Position numbers and translations under genes: made by a program
Source of the DNA: a candidate division WWE3 bacterium
GTDB lineage: Bacteria > Patescibacteriota > WWE3 > UBA101185 > UBA10185
Length of the DNA stretch: 63,751 bases
Assembly (NCBI GenBank): GCA_012798115.1
Contig: JAAZNV010000012.1
Location: 1 to 63,751 of the forward strand
Direction of reading: 5' to 3'
Notes under the pieces: generated by a model
The model's database searches: none
Told to the model about the DNA's origin: nothing
What the model saw: the letters and a program-made list of their open reading frames with translations, nothing else
Part shown: positions 19,027-28,682 of the stretch, one piece after another
Layout of the letters: each line of letters starts with the position of its first letter
How positions within the stretch are numbered: the stretch's first letter is position 1

Positions 19027-20246
19027 TACTGCTTTGCAAGATCTAAAGCTTTATCAAGCTGAGTATCTTTCCTTGCCATTGAATCTTCATTTGTGATTTC
19101 CACTTTTATATCCGGCTCAAGACCTTTTTTATGAATCCACACTTTGTTTGGGGTAAGCCATTTTGCAATAGTTATGTGAATACCAGAACCGTCTTCAAAA
19201 TCCTTTGCATCTTGAATAGTCCCTTTACCAAAAGATTTCATACCAATAAGCTTGGCTCCAACATTATCTCTTAAAGCTGCTGCTAGTATCTCAGAAGCAG
19301 AAGCACTTCCTTCGTCAATAAGAACAAATACTGCTGGAACATCTCCAAACATACCCACTCTAGTAGCTTCCAAAGGAATCTGCTCTCCTGTAGCTTCCTC
19401 CTCATATACAACTACTTTTCCCCTAAAAAATTCTTCGGCAATATAAACTGCTGATTGAAGATATCCACCAGGATTTCCTCTTACATCTATTACTAAAGCA
19501 TCCAATTCCTTTGCTTTCACATTTATTTCAGAAGCAACTCTATCCCACTCTTCGTTTGTTTCCGATCCAAATCTACTTATTCTTATATAGATAGTTCCAT
19601 CACCTTTATCTTCCCAGCTCACACTAGCTACGGTTATCAATCCCCTGGTAATAATTAAATCTCTTGGCTCCTCATCATTTGTTTGAATGGTAAGACCAAT
19701 CTTGGTTCCAGCAGAACCTCTAATCTTAGCTACTGCTTCACTTACAGACATCCCAAATGTAGACTCACCTTCAATTTTAACTATCTTATCCCCAGGTTTT
19801 ATTCCAGCACTTTTTGCAGGAGAGCCATCAAACGGAGAAACAATAATAAGTTGATTATCCTTTAAACCAAGTTCAGCACCAATCCCTTCATACTTTCCGC
19901 CTAGAGCATCACCAAAACTTTTATTAACATCTGGGGTTAGAAACGATGTATAAGGATCACCTAAAGAATCAACCATACCAGATATAGCTCCATAGAGCAT
20001 TTTCTGAGGATCAACAGGTCTTTCTAAATAAGAACTATTTAAGAGATCCCAGACATTCCAAAACAAAGAAAAGTCAATTTCCTTATCAGCAGGATATTGA
20101 TTAATTACTTCTACCTTAGGAGGGTTCTTTCTTACTTCAAATATAAAACCTCTTTTTCCCATGTAGTATCCACCATAAAAGAACCCTACAGCTACTAAAA
20201 AGGTTACAAGCAAACGCTGAAATTTTTGAAACTTTAATGTTTTCAT
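19023..20246 (-). CDS. ctpA: S41-family C-terminal processing peptidase (PDZ-containing)
   Basis: TM anchor, PDZ (SPAKSAGIKPGDKIVKIEG), DVRGNPGG, GSASASEI. Confidence 0.85.
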   Translation of the reverse strand: MKTLKFQKFQRLLVTFLVAVGFFYGGYYMGKRGFIFEVRKNPPKVEVINQYPADKEIDFSLFWNVWDLLNSSYLERPVDPQKMLYGAISGMVDSLGDPYTSFLTPDVNKSFGDALGGKYEGIGAELGLKDNQLIIVSPFDGSPAKSAGIKPGDKIVKIEGESTFGMSVSEAVAKIRGSAGTKIGLTIQTNDEEPRDLIITRGLITVASVSWEDKGDGTIYIRISRFGSETNEEWDRVASEINVKAKELDALVIDVRGNPGGYLQSAVYIAEEFFRGKVVVYEEEATGEQIPLEATRVGMFGDVPAVFVLIDEGSASASEILAAALRDNVGAKLIGMKSFGKGTIQDAKDFEDGSGIHITIAKWLTPNKVWIHKKGLEPDIKVEITNEDSMARKDTQLDKALDLAKQY

Positions 20247-21232
20247 TCGATTATTAAGAAATTTGGTAGTTTAATTTCTACTGAATTTTTATCTATACCG
20301 AACCTAACAAATATACTAGATTCACAAACTCTGTCAACAACCCCAATCCATCCAAAATACGGATTCTGAAGCACCTGCACTGTCATATTAGGCTTAACAT
20401 GCTTAATTGGTTCTATACTTTCACTAGCATTTATACCCTTATTAACATTGTCAAAAGGGATAGGAATTCTTAACAAATTTTTATCTCCTTCAAAAAACAC
20501 GTATCTGTATGAAACAGCGCTTAACATCTTGTAAACAACATCAGGGGTCTTTATCTTTCCAAATCCCGAGATAATTCCAAGGGAAAAGTTATGGCTCTTG
20601 GCAAAGTCAAAAACTTCCTTATGTGCACTACCTACTATTACAGCACTTGCTTCCATTTCGTATGCTCTTTCAATTACATCTAAACTGACATTATGACCAA
20701 CATAAATAATCTTTCCTTTAATTCCTTTTGCAAAATTCTCAAGATAAGACCTTTTAAGAACATCCGTAGGGTTAGGAAAAACTACCAACTCTCCAGATGC
20801 TTGTACTTTTGTGCTTATGGAAAGAAGGATATCTTTTGTTTGAGTCTCTAAAAGGATTGATTTCTTACCGTAAACAGACTTTACTATGCCCCAAACTCCA
20901 GATAAAACAATATATTTTTTGTCTATTTCCTTAAATACGTAAACCCTTTCACACAAAGATAAATTACCATCGTAAGGAGCAAAAACCTCATTGGAACCAA
21001 CTTTTCCAAGCAGTGATCCTGAATAATAGTATCTTTTTTCTGTTCTCAATCCGTAGGGCTTAAAACCCTTTGGTAGAATTAGCTCCCTTTGTGAAAAGAA
21101 ACAATCTCCTAAATGATCAAAAGGTTCAACTTTATCGTCGACTGAAACTACAATATTACCTTCAACAGGAAGAACTCTTTCTATGAAGCATCTACTATTT
21201 TGTTTTATCCTTTTTACAACTGGCACCAGCAT
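20243..21232 (-). CDS. conserved-looking hypothetical protein, translationally coupled (ATGA) to ctpA
   Basis: 329-aa ORF. Its stop overlaps the ctpA start at 20243-20246. Confidence 0.5.
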   Translation of the reverse strand: MLVPVVKRIKQNSRCFIERVLPVEGNIVVSVDDKVEPFDHLGDCFFSQRELILPKGFKPYGLRTEKRYYYSGSLLGKVGSNEVFAPYDGNLSLCERVYVFKEIDKKYIVLSGVWGIVKSVYGKKSILLETQTKDILLSISTKVQASGELVVFPNPTDVLKRSYLENFAKGIKGKIIYVGHNVSLDVIERAYEMEASAVIVGSAHKEVFDFAKSHNFSLGIISGFGKIKTPDVVYKMLSAVSYRYVFFEGDKNLLRIPIPFDNVNKGINASESIEPIKHVKPNMTVQVLQNPYFGWIGVVDRVCESSIFVRFGIDKNSVEIKLPNFLIIE

Positions 21233-21234
21233 AG

Positions 21235-22263
21235 TTACTTCTCTTGTTTAAAAGAATTTCCAAACTGCTTAATACAATCATTAAAGGTTTTCACATTAGA
21301 ATATATACTTTCGCCACTTGTTCTGGTATCAAATATTATTCCTACTTCCCCACCTAATGTAGAAATGTCTGTAGATCCTAAAGCAGAACTTTTTATAGAT
21401 AATCTTGCTGGTAAGTCAAGTTTCAACGGTATTACGAACATTCTATCCTTATCAATTTCAATAAACTGATCCTCCCCAACTTTCGTACTTAACAAGCATT
21501 CAATAGAACCTTTAAATTTCACAAGCAATCCAGTACTTTCTATGTAATCTCCCGCATATATATCTACATCCTTGTCATACATCTTCAGCAATTGGACGAG
21601 TGGGAATACATTCTTAGTATCCATGTATATCTCATAAATACCAGGATTTTTAATTAAGTCCAAAGCTAGGACATAATTTAATTCCTTGCTACATATATTT
21701 TGTGTAAATCTCCCACCAGTAAAGACAATCTTTCTATTATCTCCAATCTTAAAGTCTAAAGGTAATTTTTTAGAAATATCTTTATCAAGATCACTTTGGG
21801 CAGACAAATCATCAGACACTATCTGAGGATAAACACAAAGGTTTGAATGGTAATCAAGCTCCCCAAAATCCCTGTTATTACTACCCTTATCTTCTGCATT
21901 ACAAAATGAGAAGGAACTAATAAAGTTGTTTGTAACTATGGAAGAGCTGTTTACAACAATAGGAATATATTCTGTAGAGTTTTGGATCAAATCTGTTATT
22001 CCAACTTTAAATTTTGAGTCATCTATAAAATCAGGAGCTTCTAAAAAACCAGATACTATTAGGTCACAAGAACTTAATTTAATTTTTCTCTCGCTCAAAA
22101 ACCTTTCAATTAAGAATTTATAGAATTCTTTATCACTACATTGATTAGACAAGATGCTTTCTGAGTAAACATAAGGAAAAGTGAAAAATTCAATATCCTT
22201 CTTATCTTCTTTTAACAATAAGCTAACAACTGAAGCATCAAAATAGGCAGCTAACAAAGGCAT
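21235..22263 (-). CDS. hypothetical protein, first gene of the three-gene unit ending in ctpA
   Basis: 342-aa ORF ending 2 nt before the next start. No motif recognised. Confidence 0.5.
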   Translation of the reverse strand: MPLLAAYFDASVVSLLLKEDKKDIEFFTFPYVYSESILSNQCSDKEFYKFLIERFLSERKIKLSSCDLIVSGFLEAPDFIDDSKFKVGITDLIQNSTEYIPIVVNSSSIVTNNFISSFSFCNAEDKGSNNRDFGELDYHSNLCVYPQIVSDDLSAQSDLDKDISKKLPLDFKIGDNRKIVFTGGRFTQNICSKELNYVLALDLIKNPGIYEIYMDTKNVFPLVQLLKMYDKDVDIYAGDYIESTGLLVKFKGSIECLLSTKVGEDQFIEIDKDRMFVIPLKLDLPARLSIKSSALGSTDISTLGGEVGIIFDTRTSGESIYSNVKTFNDCIKQFGNSFKQEK

Positions 22264-22282
22264 GAGTATATGATAACAACGT

Positions 22283-22540
22283 CTACAAAGCGTGTCTATC
22301 GGTATAAGGTAAAAGACCCATGTATCTGGCCTTTTTAATCTCTATTGCTAAAAGTCTTTGATTTTTAGCGGTTAAGCCACTGTATTTTTGAGGGATTATT
22401 TTTCCTCTTTCGTTTATAAACCTCTTTAAAACAAGCACATCCTTATAATCAGGTTTTGTTCCTGTTTGTTTGAAATAACAATTTCTTGGTACAGGCGTTC
22501 TTTTTTCTCTTTTTGGTCTTTTATCTTTTTTTAATGCCAT
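22283..22540 (-). CDS. rpsR: ribosomal protein S18
   Basis: [42 protein letters not shown]. Confidence 0.95.
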   Translation of the reverse strand: MALKKDKRPKREKRTPVPRNCYFKQTGTKPDYKDVLVLKRFINERGKIIPQKYSGLTAKNQRLLAIEIKKARYMGLLPYTDRHAL

Positions 22541-22556
22541 ATTTGTTTAAAAAACT

Positions 22557-22580
22557 TATGCCCTGCTTACACAGGGCATA
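22557..22580 (-). terminator. 9-bp hairpin plus T-run between ssb and rpsR (internal terminator/attenuator candidate)
   Basis: tatgccctg-cttaca-cagggcata, followed on the minus strand by agTTTTTTaaac. Confidence 0.4.
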
Positions 22581-22594
22581 ATCGTTAATCAAAG

Positions 22595-23092
22595 TTACTT
22601 TTCCTTCTTTTCCTTTTCTTCTTCTTCGCTATCTAAGCCTCCTAAATCTAGATCTCCAAGATCATCTAAATTAACCTCTTCCTCTGGACCAACCTCTTCT
22701 GCCTCTGGAGCCTCAACATCAATTAAGTCCTCATCTACGGAACTTTCTTCTCCAGCTTTTTTAGGGGTTAATATAATCATGTCATCAATAATTATTTCAG
22801 TCTTATATCTTTTCTTTCCATCCTCCCCAACCCAATCTCTAGTTTGTAATCTTCCTTCAACAAATACTTTTGTTCCCTTCTTAAGAAGCTGTCCGCAAAT
22901 TTCTGCTAGTTTATTCCATGCAACAACATTATGGAAGTCAACAGATTGTTTCTTTTCTCCTTGTGTAACCCACTCCCTGTTCGTGGCTATTACAAAACTT
23001 GCTACTGCATTTCCTTGAGGAGTATATCTTACCTCAGGATCCTTTGTAAGGTTACCTATAAGCATTACTTTGTTTAGATTTCTTGATGCCAT
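22595..23092 (-). CDS. ssb: single-stranded DNA-binding protein
   Basis: OB-fold N-terminus NKVMLIGNLTKDPEVRYTPQGNAVASF and an acidic tail. Lies between rpsF and rpsR. Confidence 0.9.
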   Translation of the reverse strand: MASRNLNKVMLIGNLTKDPEVRYTPQGNAVASFVIATNREWVTQGEKKQSVDFHNVVAWNKLAEICGQLLKKGTKVFVEGRLQTRDWVGEDGKKRYKTEIIIDDMIILTPKKAGEESSVDEDLIDVEAPEAEEVGPEEEVNLDDLGDLDLGGLDSEEEEKEKKEK

Positions 23093-23115
23093 AGTGTTTT
23101 CCTTGCCTCCTTAGC

Positions 23116-23397
23116 TCACTTCTGAGCTGTAATTAGATACCTTACTAAACCTGATAGCAGATTTAGTTTTACCCTTAATTTTGCAACTATGCTAGATTCA
23201 CACTCAATAGAAATCACATCATAAAACCCTTCTGTGCTGTGGTTTATTTCATATGCAAACTTTCTTCTCCCCCAAAAATTTGTTTCAACAACTTTTGCAC
23301 CAAGAGAAGTAATTATTTCCTGCATCTTCTTGGAGAGGTTAGCTGCACCTTCTTCACCAAGATCATTTTTATAAATTGCCATTATCTCGTATTTCAT
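23116..23397 (-). CDS. rpsF: ribosomal protein S6
   Basis: MKYEIMAIYKND...WGRRKFAYEI. ATG at 23397 (the track start is TTG). Confidence 0.9.
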   Translation of the reverse strand: MKYEIMAIYKNDLGEEGAANLSKKMQEIITSLGAKVVETNFWGRRKFAYEINHSTEGFYDVISIECESSIVAKLRVKLNLLSGLVRYLITAQK

Positions 23398-23542
23398 AAC
23401 TTTTTCTTGTACTAACAATAAGATTATATATTACAAATATTTTATGTCCACATTTAAATATCTAGTACAAATAGAAAGTTAACACTAGAAAGCTAAATGC
23501 TTTGAAGATACTACATAAAATTTAATAAAAAGGCAATACTTC

Positions 23543-24655
23543 TTATACACTAAAGTTAAACTCTATAATATCCCCATCTTTCACTATGTAACTCTTACCT
23601 TCAAGCCGGACCAACCCTGCATCTTTAGCTTTTCTTAAGCTTTCAAAGGGCTTTAAAGTTTCAAAGTTTATAACTTCAGCAGATATAAAACCTCGTTCAA
23701 AATCAGTGTGAATTTCTCCTGCTGCTTGAGGAGCCCTAGAACCCTTTTTAATTGTCCATGAGTGGACTTCTTTAGGCCCCATAGTTAAGTAACATTCTAA
23801 CCCTAATAGTTCATAACACCTTTTAATTAACTTATCTAATCCAGTTTCCTTCACCCCAAGTGATGAAAGGTAATCTTCCCTTTCTTTTTCATTAAAATCA
23901 GATAAATCTGCTTCAGTTTTTGCACATATTACAATGGCCCCACTACCTCTAATAACTATTTTCTGAGCAAGTTTTTGTTTCAATTCTTCTTCACAGACAT
24001 TAAGTATATAAATCATTGGTTTCAAGGTTATTAAATTTAACTCTTTTACTAGCTCTTTTTCTTCATCATCTAAATTTATATCCAAAGCAAGTATACCTTT
24101 TTCTAAGTTTTCTTTAATTTTCTTAGCAACTTCTAGTTTTTTTGTTATTTCCTTTGATTTTTCTACTCTTACATCCTTTTCTATCCTTACCATTAATTTA
24201 TCCATCAACTGAAGATCAGATAAAATGAGTTCCATATTAACTACATCAACATCACTTAAAGGATTTGTAGACCCTGATCTTATTACATTGTTATCTGGAA
24301 AATCTCTAACTACATGAGCAACAGCACTAACATTTCTGATATGCCCAAGGAATTCATTCCCCAACCCTTCTCCTTGAGACGCTCCTTTTACAAGCCCAGC
24401 TATGTCAAAGAATTTAATTATTGAAGGAACTATTTTCTCAGGAATTTGTTTATCTGTTCTTGGATAATCGTTTCTTACATATTGACAAAGAAGATCTAAT
24501 CTTTCATCAGGAACATCTACAACACCAACATTAGGTTCTATCGTTGCAAATGGATAATTTGCAACAAGAGCTGCTTGTCTTTTAAGCAATGCATTAAACA
24601 ATGTAGACTTTCCAACATTTGGAAGACCAACTATTCCTACGGATAATGAAGACAT
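23543..24655 (-). CDS. ychF: redox-regulated ATPase YchF (Obg-like)
   Basis: GIVGLPNVGKSTLFNAL, DIAGLVKGAS, C-terminal TGS-like GDIIEF. Confidence 0.9.
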   Translation of the reverse strand: MSSLSVGIVGLPNVGKSTLFNALLKRQAALVANYPFATIEPNVGVVDVPDERLDLLCQYVRNDYPRTDKQIPEKIVPSIIKFFDIAGLVKGASQGEGLGNEFLGHIRNVSAVAHVVRDFPDNNVIRSGSTNPLSDVDVVNMELILSDLQLMDKLMVRIEKDVRVEKSKEITKKLEVAKKIKENLEKGILALDINLDDEEKELVKELNLITLKPMIYILNVCEEELKQKLAQKIVIRGSGAIVICAKTEADLSDFNEKEREDYLSSLGVKETGLDKLIKRCYELLGLECYLTMGPKEVHSWTIKKGSRAPQAAGEIHTDFERGFISAEVINFETLKPFESLRKAKDAGLVRLEGKSYIVKDGDIIEFNFSV

Positions 24656-24710
24656 AAAAAGATTATACAGCTTTATGCTTTCTTGCCATATTTTCTTTAT
24701 TTACCAATGT

Positions 24711-25274
24711 TTACAAAAGGTTAACTAATTCTTCAATTTCTTCCTTCAACCCTTTGTTGTGAGGTGTTTCAAGAACATAATTATAGTTACCTTGTAGCTC
24801 ACTTCTTGATCTTATACTCTTCCTTCCAACAACATTCATTCCAAGAGTTTCACAATATTGAGCAACATTGTTTGTACAAGCATCTGTATACTCTGGTTCT
24901 TCCGCTCCAACACAAATCACTATTGCTTTCTTTTTACCAAATTCATCTTGCTTATTTGCTGTATAAAGAACACTACATCTGTCTATGAAATCTTTAAATA
25001 TTCCTGGAGGCATACTAAAGTAATTCGGACATACAAATACAAACCCATCTGCTTGCTCCATCTTTCTAACTAGTTCATTCATATCATCTTTTTGCAAACA
25101 TTTAAGATTTTTATTACAAAACTCCACACAGCCTCCACAATGTTTAATATTCTTTGTTCTTAAAAGAACTACTTCATTATCCACCCCTTTCTTTTTAAGA
25201 AGATCTTGAATAAACAAGACTAAGGTCTCGGAATTTCCTTTTCTTGGGCTTCCACAAATACTTAATACTTTCAT
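24711..25274 (-). CDS. flavodoxin-like FMN reductase / iron-sulfur flavoprotein-like
   Basis: MKVLSICGSPRKGNS flavodoxin-like loop and Cys cluster CGGCVEFC. Confidence 0.65.
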   Translation of the reverse strand: MKVLSICGSPRKGNSETLVLFIQDLLKKKGVDNEVVLLRTKNIKHCGGCVEFCNKNLKCLQKDDMNELVRKMEQADGFVFVCPNYFSMPPGIFKDFIDRCSVLYTANKQDEFGKKKAIVICVGAEEPEYTDACTNNVAQYCETLGMNVVGRKSIRSRSELQGNYNYVLETPHNKGLKEEIEELVNLL

Positions 25275-25325
25275 AGCATTATATTATCATCAAGCGTAAT
25301 CTGTTAAAAGAAAAAACTAAAGAAT

Positions 25326-26510
25326 TCAACGAAGTTTTTCCATTAAAATTGAGTAAAACCTAAGATTATGGATAGTAGCAAGTCTATAAGCAGAAGGCTC
25401 CTTTATTTTAAATAAGTGGTGTAGGTAGGCTCGAGTATAATTTTTACACAAAAGGCAATCACAAGCTTTACTTATAACATCTTTATCATTAGTATATTTG
25501 CTCTTTTCAGGAGAAAAATAGCCATAAAAACCATCTTTTTTCACATTTATATCTTTAATTGAATCTGCACTAAACACATAAAGTCTTCCATGTCTTGCAT
25601 CTCTAGTTGGAAGTACACAATCAAAAATATTAAACCCTAAATCTACACATTTAACTATGTCATCAGGCTTCCCTACTCCCAACCCATACAGAAAATAGTT
25701 ACTTGGAGAATTTTCTGCAATTACTTTTGCAATATTAAGATTAAACTTCCCATTTCTCATTATTGGCCAACCCCCATAACCTAATCCATCAAATCCTATT
25801 TCAACTAATTTCTTCGTGCATTCTTTTCTTAGATCCAAAAAATTACCTCCTTGAACAATTCCTAAAAGATAAGGTCTTTTTTCTTCAGTTAATTTTTTTT
25901 CTTTACATATTTTAAGAAATTCTTCTTTAGACTTCCTTGCCCAAAGAATAGTTCTTTCAACTGTTTCTTTTGCTTTTTCATAATTTGCATCTAAATCTGT
26001 AAAATCATCTAACACTACACACATATCTGGATTAATAAGCATTTGTATTTGAATTGATTTTTCTGGAGTTAGTTTTATTTTCTTTTCTCCAAACAAATTA
26101 TCTTTAGAATAAAAAGTTACTCCATTATTATTTACATAGTCATTTTTATTTTTAGATTTTTTTAATAAGTTTAGTAAATTATTCTTAAAAATACTTTTAT
26201 CATTTTCTTCCAAATCTAATTTAGATTTAGCTAAAGACATAACTTGGAATCCACCAGAATCAGATATTAAACCTCCATTCCATGACATAAATTGTCTTGC
26301 TCCACCATACATTTCTAACACATCTTGTCCTAAGTCTTTGTATAAATGATATGTGTTTACAAGCACTCCAGGGGTCTTTGTATTTTCTATGTCTTTGGAA
26401 TCAAGAGTTTTTAAAACTGCTCTTGTTGCATCAGGAAAGAATATTGGGAGAGGTATTTCTCCTTTGATTGTTTTAAATATTTTAATTTTCCTTTTCATAC
26501 CCTTTTTCAT
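25326..26510 (-). CDS. tgt: tRNA-guanine transglycosylase (queuine tRNA-ribosyltransferase) family
   Basis: FFPDAT, LISDSGGFQV, zinc site CDCLLCKNYTRAYLHHL. Confidence 0.85.
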   Translation of the reverse strand: MKKGMKRKIKIFKTIKGEIPLPIFFPDATRAVLKTLDSKDIENTKTPGVLVNTYHLYKDLGQDVLEMYGGARQFMSWNGGLISDSGGFQVMSLAKSKLDLEENDKSIFKNNLLNLLKKSKNKNDYVNNNGVTFYSKDNLFGEKKIKLTPEKSIQIQMLINPDMCVVLDDFTDLDANYEKAKETVERTILWARKSKEEFLKICKEKKLTEEKRPYLLGIVQGGNFLDLRKECTKKLVEIGFDGLGYGGWPIMRNGKFNLNIAKVIAENSPSNYFLYGLGVGKPDDIVKCVDLGFNIFDCVLPTRDARHGRLYVFSADSIKDINVKKDGFYGYFSPEKSKYTNDKDVISKACDCLLCKNYTRAYLHHLFKIKEPSAYRLATIHNLRFYSILMEKLR

Positions 26511-27574
26511 TTTAAAGTGTAATAAGTAGACCTTCCTCCACCTTTTCTTTTTAGTACCCCTAACTTAGCAAGTCTTTTAAAATCTAATGCTCTTGTTGCT
26601 TTAGCTCTATTAGTGATTTTCTTATAAGTAGAATCAGTGATGTAACCATTGCTTTCTATATACGTTATTATTTTTTTATCATGCAACTTCATAGACGTTT
26701 CAGGATTAAAGCTAGCCTTAGATAACTCATTAAATAATCTTGTGAGTTCATCTATTATTCCATCGGTAAAGTATTCTAGCCAATCTGTGAAATCTATAGA
26801 ATTCTTAATTTCGTAATAATCACCAAAGACACCTACATTCTTAAAGTACTCAGATACATTTTTGTTGTAGTAATTCTCAAAGCTAAACAAATTAAAGGTG
26901 TTTAAACCCATCCGTGATAATAAAAACTTAGTGAGAAGTCTTGCTGTCCTTCCATTTCCATCAATAAAAGGGTGTATTACTACAAAGTGCTTATGAAATA
27001 TTCCAGAAAGGATAATTGGATCAATTATCAACATATTTTTATTAATAAAACCAATAAGTTCTCCCATAAGTTTATTTACATCTTTGTAATTAGGGGGTAA
27101 ATAAACTATTTTTCCATTTCTAGGATTATTTACAACAACAGGTTTGTTTCTATATTTACCTTCGTCTGCTTTTAAAATTAAACCAGATGTAACTTTTTTA
27201 TGAATTTTCAAAATTAAGGAGTTATTCAGAAGTATCTTACTCATCTCTAAACTTTTCGTGTATGAAGTATCAGATGCACTTTTATCAGTAATTATTTTTA
27301 AATATTCCAAAGCTTCGTTATAGTTTAATACTTCCCTTTCAGTATCTCTAATATGTTGAGGTTTATTCTTAAGTATTTTTTTAACTTCAGTTAAAGAGAG
27401 GGGATTTCCTTCTATACTTGTAGAAGAATATGTAGATTGTTCTAGAGCCATTTTCTCAAATTTCAGAAGTATTGTCTTAGGATATCTTTTAAGGTTTAAT
27501 TTGGTGGTCAAGGATGTTATTTCTTTTATGTTGTTAAGTATTTTAGATGTTATTGTATATCTAGGATTAAACAT
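26507..27574 (-). CDS. Fic-family protein (class II, internal inhibitory helix) with C-terminal wHTH-like domain
   Basis: HPFIDGNGRTARLL Fic motif. STSIEG matches the inhibitory (S/T)xxxE(G/N) motif. Start moved to ATG 27574, because the track TTG start is part of a TTGACA box. Confidence 0.85.
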   Translation of the reverse strand: MFNPRYTITSKILNNIKEITSLTTKLNLKRYPKTILLKFEKMALEQSTYSSTSIEGNPLSLTEVKKILKNKPQHIRDTEREVLNYNEALEYLKIITDKSASDTSYTKSLEMSKILLNNSLILKIHKKVTSGLILKADEGKYRNKPVVVNNPRNGKIVYLPPNYKDVNKLMGELIGFINKNMLIIDPIILSGIFHKHFVVIHPFIDGNGRTARLLTKFLLSRMGLNTFNLFSFENYYNKNVSEYFKNVGVFGDYYEIKNSIDFTDWLEYFTDGIIDELTRLFNELSKASFNPETSMKLHDKKIITYIESNGYITDSTYKKITNRAKATRALDFKRLAKLGVLKRKGGGRSTYYTLK

Positions 27575-27732
27575 GGATATTAGACTAATAATAGACGAAT
27601 AATAGACAAATGTCAATTTGTTTAAACTGAAAGAACCAAAAATGCGCTCCCGTGCATTAAGTCGAGCAGTCCTACCCTACTACTCTCCTTTCACAGAAGC
27701 GCATTTTTATCCCCAAGTTTTTAAAACTTACA

Positions 27733-27781
27733 GGAGGTGGGTTGGCATCTTTTTAAGATATTCCAATACACCTCCCAAGAG
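27733..27781 (-). terminator. conserved hairpin element, copy 1 (terminator-like, downstream of the 133-aa ORF)
   Basis: Stem GGAGGTG/CACCTCC encloses a 22-nt core gcatctttttaagatattccaa identical to copy 2. A GTTTT run follows on the minus strand. Confidence 0.5.
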
Positions 27782-27789
27782 GCTTTATT

Positions 27790-28191
27790 TTATTCCTCCT
27801 TTATAACTTCCGCATTAAAGATATCCAAAAACTTTTTCTTGGATCTTACTAGGTTTGTCCATACACACCTATTTCCATCCTGGTGGGAAGGAAGGTATAT
27901 ATCTATCCTCCGCTTCCTTAACTCCTCCTCAGCCACAGCAAAGGTAAGCTTATTACTGTAAAGGTAACTATGGAAAATTACCTCAAAGACAGAAAGAGTA
28001 CATCCTTCTACTCCGCTAAGAATGCTCTCAACACCTATATAGGTACTAAAAAGGATATTGTTTAATACCTCTTCTGGCATTTCTTTGTTGGCTACCTTTA
28101 TTTTTTCCAGGAGCTTTCTTTCATGAACCCCCAGGCTATCTTGGGAGATCTTCTCCCAGATACCTGTATTTCTTTTGTTCTTTTCTTCCAT
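27790..28191 (-). CDS. hypothetical protein (orphan, in accessory cassette)
   Basis: 133-aa ORF with a purine-rich SD-like GGAAAGAGGA upstream. Confidence 0.5.
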   Translation of the reverse strand: MEEKNKRNTGIWEKISQDSLGVHERKLLEKIKVANKEMPEEVLNNILFSTYIGVESILSGVEGCTLSVFEVIFHSYLYSNKLTFAVAEEELRKRRIDIYLPSHQDGNRCVWTNLVRSKKKFLDIFNAEVIKEE

Positions 28192-28323
28192 CTTTTCCTC
28201 TTTCCTTTTTATTTATTTTTTGATCTTTCATAACCTCTAGATCAATTTTTTTAACCAAGAAGTTATTAGAGAGATAGGGAATGGGGAGAAAACAAATGAG
28301 GTCGAAGTCTCCCCTCTGCAGAA

Positions 28324-28617
28324 CTAGTGTTTAGAAATCAACACTTTGTTCGCCCTTCCATCGTCGTACCACACCTCTCCAAAGGCATGGAGAACAGCAT
28401 GGAAAACGATGAGGTAAGCCCACACAGCCATAGGACCAGTGAGCACAACTGCCTTCCGATCATTAGCAGGAATTTCCTGCACAATTTTCTGCGCATTCCT
28501 ACCAATAATGTTGGCCGCCTCTTCCGGAGGCGTAATCAAGGTCAAACGACCCCCGACCTCTTGAACATTACACCCAACATATAGTTGGATGTTGTCTAAA
28601 CCCATGTTAATTTTCAT
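28324..28617 (-). CDS. small Csx3/Crn3-like protein (candidate cyclic-oligoadenylate ring nuclease fold)
   Basis: ATG at 28617 is preceded by AAGGAG. AVVLTGPMAVWAYLIVFHAVLHAFGEVWYDDGRANKVLI resembles the Csx3 core as I recall it (VVISGRGPIWL..L.H..HH..VAVYDPRLG..VV). Locally GC-rich by eye. Confidence 0.45.
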   Translation of the reverse strand: MKINMGLDNIQLYVGCNVQEVGGRLTLITPPEEAANIIGRNAQKIVQEIPANDRKAVVLTGPMAVWAYLIVFHAVLHAFGEVWYDDGRANKVLISKH

Positions 28618-28682
28618 TTTTTTCTCCTTTCCACTTTTTGGGTTTTCAGAACTTTCCAATGTTTGAAAAGCTCAAAAAACTC

